Origin: Negaprion brevirostris
Lineage: Eukaryota
Direction: 5' to 3'
NCBI GenBank assembly: GCA_030324005.1
Contig: JARDVH010000084.1
Coordinates: 61,754,617 to 61,818,616 of the forward strand
Length of the DNA: 64,000 bases
The notes under the pieces were generated by a model. The model did no database searches. It worked only from the letters and a program-made list of their open reading frames with translations, and was not told the DNA's origin. A program made the position numbers and the translations under genes. Shown piece by piece: positions 62,461 to 64,000 of the stretch. The number at the start of each line of letters is the position of its first letter. Position 1 is the first letter of the stretch.

Positions 62461-63779
62461 TTTGTTGTTAAAGACTGCACGCATCTAAAAGCCACTATCC
62501 TGGGCATCCATACAATGACAACTAGCACTGAAGTAAAATGCTGGTTGGGATAAGTAAAACCACAATTTGATAAAGGGACACTGGGCCCCAAGTCTTATTA
62601 TCACACTGGCCACAACATGTTTACCAAACAGTTTAACCAACATGACTGTTACCCAACCCGAGTATTTCAAGAATGATTTTTTTTTTTAATTCTTAGAAAT
62701 TGAATGGGCAACCTAATTTCAATAGGAAGGCTTTCTCGCCTAAAATGGGATCATGATTATTATTGCATGAATTACCACCTTCCACGCCATCTTTTATGTG
62801 TAGTACACCAAAAATGAATCATAGATATCTAAACATGATTTGAATTGTTTGATTCATTGAGGGAGAGTTTTGATAGGGGTTATCTCAACTTCAGATCCAT
62901 TTTAAACCTAACAAGTCTCTCACTTTCAGGGATCAAGGTAATATTGCTTTGGTGTTTGGATCTCNNNNNNNTTTAAAGTTGAATATTTGCGTGAAGTTTT
63001 GATTCTCGCACAGAAGTTGGACTTAATTATCTTTTTGGGTCGTTGTGCAAGTATTGAGATTCATACTCTTTGTATAAAGACCAAATTGCATGCTGTCTCA
63101 TAATACTTAATTTATGTGTTTATATAAAAGTTGAATTGTCTCTTCAAACTTTCTGTATCAAACCCTCCATGAATCCAACTCCTACTCCCTTTGGCGGGGG
63201 AATATTTTCTGAGCTGTTTCACCCTGATCCTTACAATATTTGGGAAAATTGCAACCTAATAAAAAGAAATTTGGATTTTCAACTACCAGGAGGAAGGTAA
63301 CACTCTTGATTGACTTTCCCCCTTTAGGTGGGGAGTTTAGTTGGACCCTATGGATCCAGATTACGTGTCCTGGAGTCTAGTTCCCTCTGGCTGAAGTTGA
63401 GGGAAATTTGTTGTGAGACATACCTGACCCTGTTGACTTCAGGTATGAAATTATGATTGTAAAAACACCACAATTTCACCAGAAATTTGTACCTGTTCTA
63501 GACTCCCCTTGCATCATGACAGATGAACAAATAACATGAAATTATCTTTTACAAAGAATAGAAACATAATGTATGATTTTAATTGGTGTTGAAGTAAAAA
63601 AAAAAGGACTGTGCTGGAAGTACATAATAGGCCAGTGAGCCACTGGAACGAGAAAAAGATATGTTGTTGCCAGTATTACTAAACTAAATTTTCCAACCAG
63701 TTGTTATAAAGTGCCCTGCAATAAAGTAAGATTCTGTTCTTGAAACTTGCTTTAAGTTTTTGGTTACAATTTTAATTGA

Positions 63780-63985
63780 AGAATACATTTTCATTTATAT
63801 AGTGCTTTCACATGCTCCAGTGGGACCATAATGCTTAACAGCTAAAGGGTCATTTAAAATGTGCAGTCACTGTTGCATGTAGGCAAACAGAGCTGCAAAA
63901 TAGTTCCATAGCAACAATGTGATGAGTCATCACTTGATCCATTTGGTCTTGTACTTGTCTCAGTTCTCTGTCTCAATACTGACTT
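63780..63985 (-). mobile_element. SacSINE1/DeuSINE-like 3' fragment
   Basis: CATTTATATAGTGCTTT..GTGCAGTCACTGTTG..ATGTAGGCAAAC. Confidence 0.6.
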
Positions 63986-64000
63986 TAGTAACTTCAGGCT

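Noticed and set aside
1-64000. CRISPR arrays, operons, rRNA or true tRNA genes
   Set aside because: Vertebrate repeat landscape; no regularly spaced repeats, and tRNA-like boxes are SINE heads

Overview
Repeat-dense vertebrate non-coding DNA, almost certainly from a shark (elasmobranch): about ten HE1-type V-SINEs, CR1/HER1, L2 and Rex1/Babar LINE fragments, SacSINE1/DeuSINE-like relics and Harbinger-type MITEs, with many N gaps. I found no intact host protein-coding gene; the listed ORFs are transposon debris, gap-spanning or chance. The best-supported structures are: (1) a complete but ancient Ty1/copia LTR retrotransposon (16628-22312) with TG..CA LTRs, a 5-bp TSD, a tRNAi-Met PBS and gag-IN-RT-RH order; (2) a U2-snRNA-headed, polyadenylated retro-insertion with a 17-bp TSD (47858-48128), Keno/SINEU-like; (3) a ~1.17-kb old foldback palindrome (30787-31955) with a nearly perfect 60-bp core; (4) a palindromic Penelope-like repeat with hammerhead-ribozyme core motifs (564-743); (5) decayed Harbinger and Gypsy elements; (6) several TE-free, motif-dense blocks that look like conserved non-coding enhancers. 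Family names come from recalled consensus motifs, not database searches. Boundaries of old repeats are approximate.
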